Assembly: GCA_028023455.1 (NCBI GenBank)
Contig: JAQFVV010000003.1
Coordinates: 15,562,001 to 15,626,000, forward strand
DNA length: 64,000 bases
Reading direction: 5' to 3'
Source: Epiperipatus broadwayi
Taxonomy: Eukaryota > Animalia > Onychophora
The notes beneath the pieces are model-generated. The model worked only from the letters and a program-made list of their open reading frames with translations. It was not told where the DNA came from and did no database searches. A program made the position numbers and the translations under genes. Position 1 is the stretch's first letter. Every line of letters starts with the position of its first letter. Below, piece after piece: positions 26,479-40,180 of the stretch.

Positions 26479-28720
26479 CAGTGTTTCTCAGCAAGTAGTT
26501 TGTGGGCCATTGGTGGTCCACCGAAAAATTTTAGTGGTCCACAAAAAGCTTTTAAATTTGTTCATATTATTACATTTTTTTAATAATCTTTTAAATTATG
26601 ACTAATTTTATTAAATTTATCTTTAATCCAGTTCTAAGATTTCTTTTGTTAGTTAATTGTTTTATTCATAGGAAATAAACTAAGAAACAAAAAACTATAA
26701 AAATACAAAAAAGTTTTTATTTCCTAGTATCAGTCATTTCATAGTAAAAAACTGGCTCCATTAACAATTTGTGCATGCACACTTCATACACTGAGATGAA
26801 CTTTGGAATGTACAAAAATAACATAAAAGTTGTCAGTTATGCACTATGTAGTTTGCTGTAGCCATCTAATCAGAATTGCAATGGGATGCAATAGTAGGAA
26901 TTATTATACAGTAGGTGTGTACTATAAGTACTATAAATTAATGTATATTAAGTACTTCCTATTTACGTTTTTTGATAAATTCTAGCCATTTAAAAATGAA
27001 TAATAACAAAAAAACATCAAAAACTTATTACCTATTTTAGTCTTTTTTCAAAAACCAAGTATAAGTACTTTGAATGATAATAAAAATCTTATTTATTCCA
27101 CAAAAAGATTCACTTGAGGCAAAACAAAAATTTATTATTGTTTGTCAATTCAATCTTGATTATTTACAATTTTGTTTCATTTCTTGGCTTGAGTCAGAAA
27201 AAAATTTACCCAGATCTCAATGCATTATTTACAAAGAAATTTTATCCAATGAATATATAAAGCCAGAAAAATTAATGCATTATTTACAGACCAAACATTC
27301 AAATCTACAAAATAAACCATTAGATTTTATTTTTGATGGAAATGTGCTGAATTGAAAAACAAAACTCATCTTTTAAAAAATTTCTTTTAGATGATAAATC
27401 TCTTGTGAAAGCATCATATTTAGTTGCTTTAAAAATTGATGTTTGCAAAAATCAGTATTCTATTGGCAAAAATTTAATTAAACCATGTTTAGTAGATGTG
27501 TTGGTACTGTTGCTGGAAACAAATGAAAAATTTTCCATTTTTTAATGATACTATTTAATGCAGATTTAGTGAATGAGTGAATGATCCTGAAGGTCATTTA
27601 ATTCAAAAAATAAGCAAATCATTATTTGCAATTTGTGCTGGCTTACGTACTGATAAAGTGGTAAGTATGACTGGAAAACATTCAGTAGTTGCAAAAAGAA
27701 TTAAAGAAGTAGCAGATGACAAAACACCCTTGTCATACACTGTGAGCGTTTAGCTGCTAAAAATTGTCTACTCAAGTGATAAAAATAAATTATATTAAAT
27801 ACAACACATTAAATTCAAGTCTATTTTCATGTTTATGTAATGAAATGAGATCTGAACATGACAATTTACTACTTCATGCAAAAGTACAATGGTTGCCAAG
27901 AAAACTTTGAAATTATTCAAATGGAAGTCAATTTTCAATTATGCACCATTTCCTAAATATTATAAATCTCTGTGCACTCTCCTCCAGTAAGAATTTAAAG
28001 ACCTTAAGTGAATCACTTAAGTTTAGAGTGTATATTCTATATACACCAACACTTACAGACTATGCTTAAATCAGGGCTTGAATCTATTGTGTGCACAGAG
28101 ATTTATAATATTTAAGAAATAGCACATTATCGGAGATTGGTTTCCGTTTGAATAATTGCAAAGTTTTTAGCACTTTATAATAATAGGTTTACATTTATAA
28201 GTCATGTTTGTCTAATCATAGGTGATTAAAAATAAGACACTGTCTTTTTCCTGAGATGGGTTAAATAGATATGTACAATTGAATATTTGATTATAACATC
28301 AGACACACAATAGACTCAAACCCTGATTTAAGCATGGTCTGTAAGAGTTGGAGTGATTCACTTAAGTTTTTTAAATTCTTACCATTGGGAGAGGGTGCAG
28401 AGATTTATATTTAAGAAATAGCGCATTATCGGAGATTGACTTCCATTTGAATAATTGGTTGTCAAGAAAGAAAATATTAACAATACTTTATATATTAAGA
28501 AAAAAAGTTGAAATATTTCTAGAAACAAAAAAATTAGAACTGAGTAATATTTTCTATGAAAATTGGATTGCTAAACTGACTTGTTAGTCATATTTTTATT
28601 AATGAATGAACTAAATTTAAGTCTGTAAGGAAATAGTACTACTTTTCATTTATGGGAAAAAATTGAGGCATTCTAGTAAAAGTTAAACTATGTGCTTAAG
28701 CACATAAAAAAAACAATATT
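26479..28720 (+). mobile_element. Decayed hAT/Charlie (ZBED5/SCAND3-like) transposon, interrupted by family C
   Basis: CAGTGTTTCTC terminus preceded by CTTTAGAG; remnants LPRSQCIIYKEILSNEYIKPEKL..LQTKH, KASYLVA, LIKPCL, MTGKHS, SEHDNLLLHAKVQWL; right terminus not found. Confidence 0.85.
27901..28456. mobile_element. Family C insertion: inverted segment + about 300-bp direct tandem unit (PLE-like architecture, no HHR recognised)
   Basis: 27901-28095 is antisense to 28295-28456; cagagatttata...gaataatt repeats directly at about 28096 and 28399; collapsed copy at 53933-53985. Confidence 0.65.
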
Positions 28721-29206
28721 TCATTTATTTTGATATAAATATCAGTTTGTATTTTGAAAATACATTTATCAAATTCTTTAATTGGTTCATTTATTGATTA
28801 TCTGCTATGTTATATTCTCTATACAAAGATGTCTACATAATCATATTTTTTTAATTATTTACTTTAAATTATTTAAAAATAGTTTAAAAAAAACAATTTG
28901 CTTTTATTCTTGCAAATTAAAATTATTTTAATTCATTATTTAAATAAAATATATAACTTTAAATATAGTTTTATGACCTTTTTAAATTTTGCCTTCAAAA
29001 ATTTTTTTCTTCTTATTTTTGATAATATGCACAAACATACAGATAATAAATTAATACAATATATAACATGTTTCCTGAAAATAAGAACTAAGCAGAAAAT
29101 AAATCCTAGCATGATTTTTCAGAATACTTACAATATAAGGCTTATCTCAAATATAAGCTCTAGTTAAGATTATCAGCCACCTAGATGACTGATGGATGTA
29201 TTGAAT

Positions 29207-29842
29207 TGTAATGACATGTATATGTCGTATCTCACTTTGCCTTCAGAAATAGACTAGTCCAGATTCCTTATCTAATCGGATTGGTATTCATTGTCACTAA
29301 GCAATGTGTAAACATAGATAAAACATAGTCAGTTGTTAGTATGGGCCAATAGGCAATAATGCTTTCTGAATCCAATTGCTTCCAGTAAGATTGAGGATCT
29401 AACAATAAATATTCAGCCTTTTTAGAGATAAAGAGAGAATGTCTAACCTAAGCGATGGTATGCACTCTCCATTGAAACCATTGCTAACAGTGAGCAGTTT
29501 TACTATAGCCATTATGCTATAAGTTTACTCAGTTAGGAACGTTCACAATAGGAGTGGAAACTTCTAAAATCAGAGACAATTTGAGGCAAGCTGTCTGGTA
29601 CAGCCAGAAGTGTCATTGGACAAACTCCCAAGGAAGGCTGTTACAAACAGCTGAAAATGAGTCGAATCTTTCAGGCATGGCTGGTTCTGCACTAGTTAAG
29701 ATTATATATGTAGTAGTATATTCAATGACATTGTATATTATATAAATATATCTAATTTTAATAAATCATATTAATTGAACTTCGAGTAGTTGTATTTTTT
29801 GTTATTGTTGATTTGAGTCTGCAATCCAGGCCAAACACAACA
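29207..29842 (+). mobile_element. Solo LTR (636 bp)
   Basis: TGT...ACA ends, 4-bp TSD GAAT (29203-06, 29843-46), AATAAA near 29760; higher GC than flanks. Confidence 0.6.
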
Positions 29843-30141
29843 GAATTGGCAGTCTGCCAAAAGAAATATTTTTCCTCACAACTGGAAAAATAGAGTAAAT
29901 ACACAAGTGTGCAGTTAAAGATATTCATCATATTTATAATATAGTGATTGTTAAAATCACTATTCTGCCCAAATAAAAATCAGATTTGGCAGTTTGGGGG
30001 GAAAAAATTGACCGCAGATGTTATAGGCATGTTGATTGAATACTTAAACAAATCACAAGTGTGTTACTTGTAATATAGTGACATAAGCTCTCTCTAATGG
30101 ATTGTTAGCTTTGTCAATATCATTGTTGGACAGTTACAAAT

Positions 30142-31540
30142 GGTAGATGCCAAATTAACATTACGAGTGGTAATGACATATAAAGAGGTAGATGTCAAAT
30201 TAACATTATGAGTGGTAATGTCATATAGAGAGAAAATTATAAAATGGTTAAATTTTGCTGGCTCCATGAAAGATTTTTATCCAGCCTACCCTGAGGACTG
30301 GTCAAGCTATAAAAAGTGATTAATTTTGTATCTACTGGTTAACCAGAGCAAGAAGGCTGAAGTAAAATTAGCCACATTAATGATGGTAATAGGATCTCAG
30401 ACATATGAGATTCTGGAATTTCAATCGAAGTTAGAAAAGCTGATTGACCTAGATGTTGGTGAAACATTAATGATACTCACAGATTATCCCCCCCCCCAAT
30501 CCTCTGGAAAGAATGCAGAGATATTATTTCAATCTCTGTTATCAAGAGCAGGGTGAAAAAACCAGAGAGCTCACAATGCGAATCTGGATATTGGTATTAA
30601 AGTACAATTTCAAAGATTTCCTGAATGAAGCATTGTTACAGATGTGATGGACAAATGCACATACTTACATGATGTACCATGTGTACATTTAGCAAGTGAG
30701 TCAGGCATATAAGAGCTGCTTGCTTGAAAATGAAGAGACAGCGAATATGAGAATGGAAAAATCCATTCCTAATATGAAAATGGAAAACTCCATTCCAAAA
30801 AATAACAAGGGCAATAATAAGAACAATAAACAATTTGCCTGTATAAATCATATAAAAGACAATCAGTCTGGATTTAAACACAAGATTATGATTAATGATA
30901 CACCAGTTACAATGGAACTGGATACAGAGTCTGCAATGTCCAATGTTTCAAAAAATACCTGGTCTACCATTGAAAAAAATAATGATATAAGGTGCATTCT
31001 AGCAGCAAGTCAATTACAGACTATCAGAGCAATCGGACCAAACAACAGTAAAATTATGATGCCTAATAAGAGTATATATCTACCACTGGTGGTGGCATCA
31101 GATGATCATAGTAACTTATTAGGTTGTGACTGGTTTTGTCATTTAAGCTTTGCAATGATAAAGATGAACTGGTTACAACATTAAGCAAATGATGTATTCA
31201 ATAAAGATTTGTATCTGTACTTAGGACAACAAATTCATTTAACACTAAATAAAGAGGTAAAGCCGATTGGTTATTGGTGCATATCTCTGCCTCTGGCCTT
31301 GAAAACTAAAGTTGAGGCAGAGTTCGAAAACTGGGTAACAGCAGGACTTATAGAGACCATAACATATTCAGAATGGGACACTCCAATAGTGGCAATCATT
31401 ATTAAAAATGGTGGTGTGTGCATATGTGGGATTACAATTAACTACTGGTACTGGATAATTACCCATTACCATCAGTTAAACAAATCCTATCCACACTTTT
31501 AGGTGGTAGGATTTTCACAAAGATGGATATGCTAATAATT
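30142..31540 (+). mobile_element. Truncated Ty3/Gypsy retrotransposon (gag, aspartic protease, RT start), pseudogenised
   Basis: gag EDWSSY; protease MELDTESA and NLLGCDW; RT LPLALKTKVEAE, SEWDTPIV, GGRIFTKMD; 45-bp tandem duplication of the LTR-end/PBS-like region at 30142-30231. Confidence 0.88.
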
Positions 31541-34521
31541 ATATAACTATTCATTATAGTTTTATGTGTGTGGCTAGCATAATATCACAACTAACAAACA
31601 ATATCTCACTTCTTATTACTTCTCAGGTAGTTAACATTATTAAGCCTCTTATATATTTTATATAAGTAAAATTTCTTAGGGCATGGTTGAACATAAATGG
31701 GCATTTTATTGATTGTATCCAGTTCATACCTTATAGTCTATAAATATAGCTCTGAAAGAAGTGCAAATAAACTCTTGCAAAAATGTTTAAAATAAAAATA
31801 TTCACTTAAATACTTTACATAAAATATAATGAAAATTCAGTAATTGTGATTAAAATTATGATACCTCATTATGAATTCAAGTGATGATGATGATAAATAA
31901 AATGCCAGTCATTATTTAAAAACAACAATCAAACAATTTTACTAATAAAATATGAATGCATAAGTATTAAAATAAGATAAACATAAGATAAATAAATCAA
32001 TATATTTAATCGTGTTCTCTAAAATAAATGGGTTTATTTATAAATTCTGTTACAAAAGGACAGCAGCTAGGTGAGATGATGTGTAATTCTATGTGTTGCT
32101 AAAATCATATACAAATTTATTAGAGAAGGTTATTAATATATAGGATGTACATAAATCATTATCATTGTAAATTAAAATAGAGTAAATGATGTATCTGTGT
32201 TTTATCGATTTTAAATATCTCCTTTATCGTAGCATGCTGTCTAAATGGTATCTACTTAGTTTTATCCCTTTTATTTATGTATAACATTTAATTCTTTCTG
32301 AGCAAATATAATGTCAACACAGACATGTTTCATATAACATTAAGGTCTTCAACAAATTCTACATTTGACCTTTAGCCCTAAATCCTATTCTTTATTTATT
32401 ATCTATAATCTTACTATTATTATAGGTCCAATTTGAGCATCATTTATTTAAATAAATATATTTGTAATGTGATACCATTACTATCATAGGAGTATGAGAA
32501 AAATATAAGATCTATAAGACAAGAGCATCTCATAATCAATAAGAGAATTTAATATTATTACTCTAATAATTATAATACAATCATATATATTATTTATAAT
32601 ACTTCACTCATATACACTTTAATGCAATTAATTTTCTTAAAAACTTCTTTATTTTCTTACAGTTTCGACTGTCCAGAGAGCTCCATCTTCCTTACAGTTG
32701 TTTTAACTTTAATTAAAATGACCCTTAATCAACAATTAAAAAAAAAAGAGAGAATATACTTCTGATAAGAATTATAATACAACCTATCTCTAACAACAAT
32801 AGCACATGCAAACATCTTATATCAATTAAATAGTTAAACCATACTACCTGGTCTTTAGTTCTGATGAGAATATTGAAAAATATTAGCACAAGCAATGAGA
32901 TCAAAATATTTTACAAAACATAGGAAAAAAATAAATTATTAAATAACTATTATCCATTAAAGTTTATGAATAATATAAATCCAATAATTTACTGTAGATT
33001 CCATTATTAAAAATTTCTCTCTATAATGTACAATTATTTTTACTACAGTCATTTTTATAAAATTATTTGATAGGTGAGTTAATATCCTTTTCAATGATGT
33101 TGATCCACTTATGGTACTGTAATTTTCATTTTAAAAGAGCAATAACAAGATTATTTATCCCAATTTTAAATCAATTCTAAAGATAATTATGCCACAAGTT
33201 CCCAAGACAATTTTATTTCCAGTTGGTTATCTTTTTTAAGACATGAGGGATGTTAAAGGCATTTCAATCCCCCCCCCCCCGATTATTTTTGTAAAAAAAA
33301 ATAGCAAAAATACAATTATTAAATTAAATCCGAAATTCACTGATTTTTAACTAAATATTCAAATATACTGTAGATAAAAGGCAAAATCCAAACTATTTGG
33401 CTTAACAAGTTTAATAATTTCAAACTATTATGAAGGTTCAAATATCTTTGGCTGTACTTTAAATAATTCCAGGTTAAAAATGAGATTTTATCGACTTTAA
33501 AATTTTTTCAATATTATAACGCAAGCAATTAATTATTAAATCATATTTGATGATGATCATCACAAAGGTTAGCCTCCACTTCCAAGAGTGGATGCTTAAT
33601 GTTTTTTGTAGCCTGACATGGTCAGCATAAAATGGCCATAAATGACAAATTTATTTACAGCTTACAAAGTTTATAAAGCAAGCTTCCTAAGAATAGAAAC
33701 TTGATTTTTTTCAAATGCTTTCTTTTATACTGTATAACACATGACTGAAAAAAGTACAGATTTAAACTCTTCTTTCACTCAATTCCAGCTCATATGTGAA
33801 ATTTATACATGTTGGCATAGCAAACAATTTCATCCAGATGATAAAGCTCTCTTTTAAATAAATATCAAAATCAGCCATCTTACATTATATTTTATAAATG
33901 TGAAACATTTTAAATAAAATTATTCTAAGTTAAAGTACAATTATTTACCTTTTATTTGATATTAAATAATATATTAATGTTTTACCTTTCAAAATAAATA
34001 AAATTTATTGTTCTCGTAATGTTATACAATTTCCTATTATATTCTATGGTTTGATACTATATTTATTTTTCAACCTATAAACTTTACTTTATTCCACATA
34101 CAAACATCCATAAACACAATCATGCACATTTTAATATCATATGTAGATTGTTTGTTTATAAGTGGTTTTAAATCAGATAAGAATTACTAAAATTATGACT
34201 ATGTTATGATATATTTTTTCATCTTAATAAGGAATATTTAATAATAAAATGTCCTTCAGTGTAATGATGGATTAGTATCTTAACTTTGTTAATGAATGTT
34301 TTCTGTAAATTTTGAATTTAACTATGATTTGAAAATTTCAACTTTTGTTTTTAGACTTGTTTTAAAATATGGTCGCCATATTGGATCTCCCTCACAATGC
34401 TATACAAATATGTATGACATGGCTTGAAAATTATAATTATTATTTAAAAAATTGGTTTTAAGTTAATTACTTCTAATATTGACTCTATGGGGTTACTATC
34501 ACAATATATATATATATATAT

Positions 34522-35008
34522 ATTCTTTCTCTTTCGGTATTTATAAAATAAAGCTTGATTAGAGCTATTGGTAAGCTCCATCTAGGGATCATTAAATGCA
34601 AGCTTAGAAGCAAATTACGAAATTTATGACTTGTTTTATTAATTATTATAAGTGTACCTTTGAAGGCTTTTGTGATGCTATATTGCAGAGGCTATTACTA
34701 TATGATGAAACTGAGCTGAATTCAGACCCATATAGCTATATGTTTTATAAGGCTGGATTTGAAGACATTTACGTGCCTGAAAAGTTCAGGCTTTCAAATT
34801 GATAGTAACCTATTTTATAAGTGCTGTCTTTTGAGTTAGTATTTTGGATCTACTTTCTGGACTCCCAGCGCTCCACTGAGGTGAGCCATAAGCTCGAAAC
34901 TAATTGGTCTGGAGGTAGGGACTTTCTGATAGACATTTTCAATTCTTTCTTTTTCAGCACTTATAAAATAAAGCTTGATTAGAAGTATTGGTAAGCTTCA
35001 TCTAGTGA
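34522..35008 (+). mobile_element. Family B HHR repeat: one unit of about 420 bp with about 65-bp terminal redundancy, flanked by (TA)n
   Basis: Homologous to 43776-44636; start repeats at the end. Confidence 0.85.
34871..34914 (+). ncRNA. Type-I hammerhead motif, family B
   Basis: CTCCA CTGAGGT GAGC cataa GCTC GAAA ctaattgg TC TGGAG; stems I and II perfect. Confidence 0.65.
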
Positions 35009-38000
35009 TATATATTTAAATGTTTAGATAAAATAGAAGTAATATCAAATGATATAGTGCTAAAAATCCCAGATGTAAATTGTAAATAAGCAACTAAAAA
35101 GAACAAACTATTGTTAAAACTGACAGAAAAGAGCATCTGTAGTAAACAATACAGCATTCTAAAAAAGTATTAGTAATTATTTATTTAACAATAAAATTGA
35201 TGTGGCCCAATTAAACATATGTTAAAGAAAAAAGTTGCATTTAACATGAACAAAATGGAACTTTTTATTATGAATAAAAAAACTATTAATAGTTATTTAT
35301 TTCCAGGCTGTCATACTGAATTTTTAAAAAACTGGCTTGAGACACAATTTTCACAATAACTCCAGTTTTAATAATGTTAGAGCAAAAAGCTTTACATTGA
35401 TAGAAACTAGAAGAACTAAGGAAAACAATAAGGCTAAGATAAATAATGATAACCATTTAAAAAATAAGGAAAAAAAAAATTCCAACATCTGACATTATTA
35501 CTTTATTGTTTGTTCATAATTTTTAATTTATCATTAACTAAGTTTAAATTAGATCTTCATTGATAATTTCTTTCTATTTCTCACAAAATTATCTTTTAAA
35601 CTATATATAATACTTCTTACCTGAGATAATCCATAGCTTCAGAATCTCCAAAATAAGTCACATGAATTCTTCATTTTCATATTGTACCCCAAAAGTTACC
35701 AAATCTCAAAGGCATCTATAAGAAAAAGATTCATCCTAATAAAAGATACAAAACAAATCATTTCCAGAATATGGATATGCATTTGTCATCATAGCAATTG
35801 GTTTCTTGTCTATCTAAAACTAGAAATTGTAGGTTACTGTCTGAATCACTGATAAATTGAGTTTCATCTCTTCATTTTATATTTTTTTGTGTACATCAGT
35901 GATATTTATATTCTTTATGCACATCAGTGATGCTATCTTATTATATTTATTCTCCCACAGAGATATAATTTATTTGCATATACTTTATTTGCTAGCTATA
36001 GAATTGAAAATAATGTGATGCAAGATATGGAAAAACTATTGACTCCACAGAATGAGTACCAAGGCATAGGCAAGAATCAGAATTTGATTTTTGCCTGCAT
36101 ACAATTTCATGTGATATATATATAACTATTGTAGTTATCTCCACACACACACCATTTCCTCTCTGTTGGTTTTAAATGTTTATATTTTCATATGGTACTA
36201 TGCCCAGTAAATTTTGTGATTGCTTTGTCATCTGCAAAATTTCTGTATATTTGATAATCAGTCCTAAAATTTACATTGTAGTGCTCTATAATATCTTAAT
36301 TTTATATATATAGACATTACTTGTTATATGAACACAAACCTGCAATTACAAACCTAAAGACAGTAATATATAAACATAGCAATAAATTTAGTAAAATAAA
36401 TATAGTATAAATTATTAAGCCTTTTGAAAACCATTATGTCTAAAAAATAATATAGATCAGAGCCCCAAAATTACATAAACTACTTTTGTTGTATTTGAAT
36501 ACAAATTTTCACATATATATATAATAAAGAGCATAAATGATATATAATTTATATACTACACAGACACCAATACAAATACAAACATATCATTTATCAAATA
36601 ATTTTTAAAAATTTACTATTCAAATAATTAAAAAATAAAAAATTTTAATACTTACAACCCAATATTCTGATTACATTTTGAAGTCCTTGAAATGTGAATT
36701 ATCGCCATATTTTTAATCCATTATAATACACTCTATGGCCGTTAAAAAATTTCTGTTATCTTCTTCATGAAAATTAGTAAATTGAGGAAAAAATAAAAAA
36801 ATAAAATGAATCTATCCATAAAAATATTCATAAAAAATCCAATTTTTTTCAGATTTTAATATAATGGACATAATAATAATGTGAAAGGCTGAAACCTTTA
36901 ACGGATGCACCTTAAAAATGCTTATGTGACATCCAATCAGATGTAATAATGACTGCCTGTGGAACTCTCAATTCAAAAACACAAGTCAGAAATATGAGAA
37001 AAAGATATAACCACTTTATTTTCTACTTAAATTTATATATAAATAAGTCAGACTCAAGCATTCTGAATTAAGAACATGAAGCTTAAAACAGCTTCAAATT
37101 TAATTCACTAAATATTATATATAAATAAACAACGTGAAATCTTTTGGTTTACTATGAAGTAATTTTCAAATCTAATGAAATGATAGTAACAAATGTAAAT
37201 ATATTAAATTTATTAAGTGCAAGCAAATGATATAATAATAATGTGAAAGGCTGAAACCTTTAACAGATGTGCCTTAATGGACATCAGTAGAAACAAAATT
37301 GAAAAATGCAACGAATGCTGGGATTTCTGTTGATATAGTGCTTATAGTTTTTACATAATTTTAAAAAGAACATAAAATTTCAATGAAGCGCCATCCCTGT
37401 AAATGCTCATAATAGTAAATTTGCTTTGGTTCAATTAATAAAAGAATAAAATGTAGTATCAGCAGATTAAATATATATTAAATAAATAAAAAAAGGAAAA
37501 TCATAATGAGCATTTTATTTAGTTATTTTTGTTTTGAAAAAAAAAAAAAAGAATAACAGAAATTAAAATACTAAGTGTGTAGGATAAAGTATGATTATTG
37601 TATTAATATAAAATCTCAAATGACTAAAGAATCTAAAAGTTAAAATCTAGATTGAACTTGTAATGTTTTCCCATATATCTGTTTATATGATTTTGCTTTT
37701 TGAAGAATCATTCATTTCAAATAAATATATATAGTTAATATTCAAGATTAAGAGTCAAACAATTCAAACAACTGTATCATAAATATTTTGAAATGCTCTT
37801 TAACCCAACATAAGACATTTATTAATAAAATAAGAGCAGTAAGTCTCGTCTTGTGCCTCATTTATTAATGTAAGCTGGGTTAGAGAGTATTTCAAAATAT
37901 TTATTGTACAGTGGTATGAATCTTCATCTTGGATATTATAGTTATTAAAGCACTGGAGATATTCTATTAATATATGTGTAATTTTCACCTATTATAGTTT

Positions 38001-38568
38001 CAATGAATAATAAAGTTCAATTCATATTTATAGTAATAATTTTGATAAATAGTTTCTGTTTTCTATTTTATTTAGCAAACTTTTTAATTCATCCATCTAT
38101 CTGACATAATGTTTTTCTAGTTTTTAAAAATCTTTTGTGACTCAGTTTAAGATCTCAGTTGTCCATCTAAAGTCATATGCCTACCTCAGAAGCATTTTGG
38201 TCTTTTAATTATTTCAGTGATGTTACTGAAATTTGTTTTCTCACATGTATTTTACTTTTGATTTTTTTTTTATTAGTATCAGTATGTATTTTAAAATATT
38301 TCTATGGTTATCTGTCTCTTTTTGTTCTTATATTAAACGTCTTAAATCTCAACCCATATCAAGTTGAGCATAGTTATTAAACATCTTTTCAGGCACTAGA
38401 TTTATTTTTTTAGCATTAAGTTATCCAAGCTTTATTCTGTGATTAATTCTATCCATGTCAATATTTGATTTATGGTATTTATAATTACCATCAATCATTA
38501 TTAACAATTTTAGTTTATTTTTATTTTTTGAAAATTTGTTGATACTTTTTTTTATTATCATCATCATC

Positions 38569-38787
38569 TAATACTAAATCATCCATGCACTTTACTACTG
38601 TTATACAATGCTTTATTTACCACCCTCTTTAACAGTTTACAATTTCGATTGCCCTAGCAGTTAGGAGATATAAAAGTTCTGAAGAAAATTGCTGGGGCAA
38701 TCGAAACTGTGAACTGTAAACTGTAAAAGAGGGTAGTAAATAAAGCATTGTGTAACAGTAGTAAAGTGTGTGGATGATTTAGTATTA
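38569..38787. repeat. Fold-back (about 90-bp arms) enclosing an HHR-like motif at 38675-38715 (+)
   Basis: agtt CTGAAGA aa ATTGC tggg GCAAT c GAAA ctgt... Confidence 0.6.
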
Positions 38788-39497
38788 TATATACATTTGA
38801 CAATGCAATAAGAAAGATTAGCTATTATACTTCTTGAAGAAGATAATGAAAGAATAATTGTTGTAACATATTAAATCTAGTGTCTTAAATAATTATTTTT
38901 ACCCCATTGCTTTCCATTTTAATCCTTAAAATATTTTTAATAAAAAAAGTATATTCTAATGGAAATTTGACTGGTTTTTTCTCTCTCTCTAATCTTCTTG
39001 CAGTCTCACCTCTAATCAACATGTTACCTACAAACATAGTTTAGCTATTCACCACAAAATCTTAAGATGCTAACATGTTTGGATCATGAGTGATGACATT
39101 AAATGTGATTGTTTTTCATATTTTCATTACATTGTCTTTGGCGCTCTCTCTGCCATTATAAAATCTTGCAAGACAGTTGAAAATATTCTTGAAACTCGTG
39201 ACTTCACTGACATACATAGTTAGAATCATTTCAAACATTTTAATAGCAGTTTATCCAATTTAAAGCAAAATTTAATGTTAGTACATATCCATCATTGGCT
39301 AATTAAGATGAGAAGATGAAATATGGGGTGGGTGGGTTAAAAACTTCAGAGACCACTATTGTTATGTATATCTAACTGTTAACTGTCTGATAATAATGTT
39401 TTAAATCATTATTATGTTTTAATCTTACGATATATATACTTCTATTAACTTTTAATTATGTTAATTTTTCTATTAATAGTAAAATTACTAATGTTAG

Positions 39498-39653
39498 ATT
39501 ATAGATACTCCAAGCAAAACTGATGATGAAGGTCCTGTAATTTCATTAGAAGTAGTCAAATCTCCTACAACGTTGGCAGTTGTTTGGAATTGCCAACATT
39601 TTTCAAACTCAGTTTTTCGGATATATTTAAATGGTCATCGGGTTGGTGAAAAG
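39498..39653 (+). CDS. Host gene exon, FN3 domain 2 N-half (IIDTPSKTDDEGPVISLEVVKSPTTLAVVWNCQHFSNSVFRIYLNGHRVGEK)
   Basis: aatgttAG at 39497 gives phase 0; aag|GTACGT donor; V.W and IYLNG motifs. Confidence 0.85.
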
Positions 39654-39746
39654 GTACGTAATAACTTTTTAATTTTATTTTTAAAACCTAAAAAATATTT
39701 AATTTTACATGTTAAATTAAGTAAGAATTATTTTCATTTGTTACAG

Positions 39747-39843
39747 GTTGTTCCAGAAGAGGGCAGTTTAAAATGTCGAGTTGTTATTCAAGATTGCGAA
39801 CTTCACGTTAAACACAATGTGTTAATCCGTTCAACTGATAATA
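39747..39843 (+). CDS. Host gene exon, FN3 domain 2 (VVPEEGSLKCRVVIQDCELHVKHNVLIRSTDN)
   Basis: tttgttacAG / a|GTAATT; phase 0/1. Confidence 0.8.
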
Positions 39844-40180
39844 GTAATTAGTTTATATACATACTGATTATTTAAAAGCGGCTAAATAAATAATTTCGTG
39901 ATAGAAATTACATTTAAAAATTTTATTTTGTATATATTAATTTAATTTCAATTTGGGGAAAGTATTATTACATTTTATTTGATGAATATTATTGATTCAT
40001 CTGTCTACAGATTTAGCAACTTCTTATATCTGGATAAAAATATTAGAGAACGTTTAAATTTTTATTATTTCTAAACTTTATACGCAAATTTTGGCATATT
40101 TTATAATTTACTTAAGTAGCATTTTTTATTTAATCTTAAATAGACCACTAAAATATTAATAATAAACATAATACAATAAT

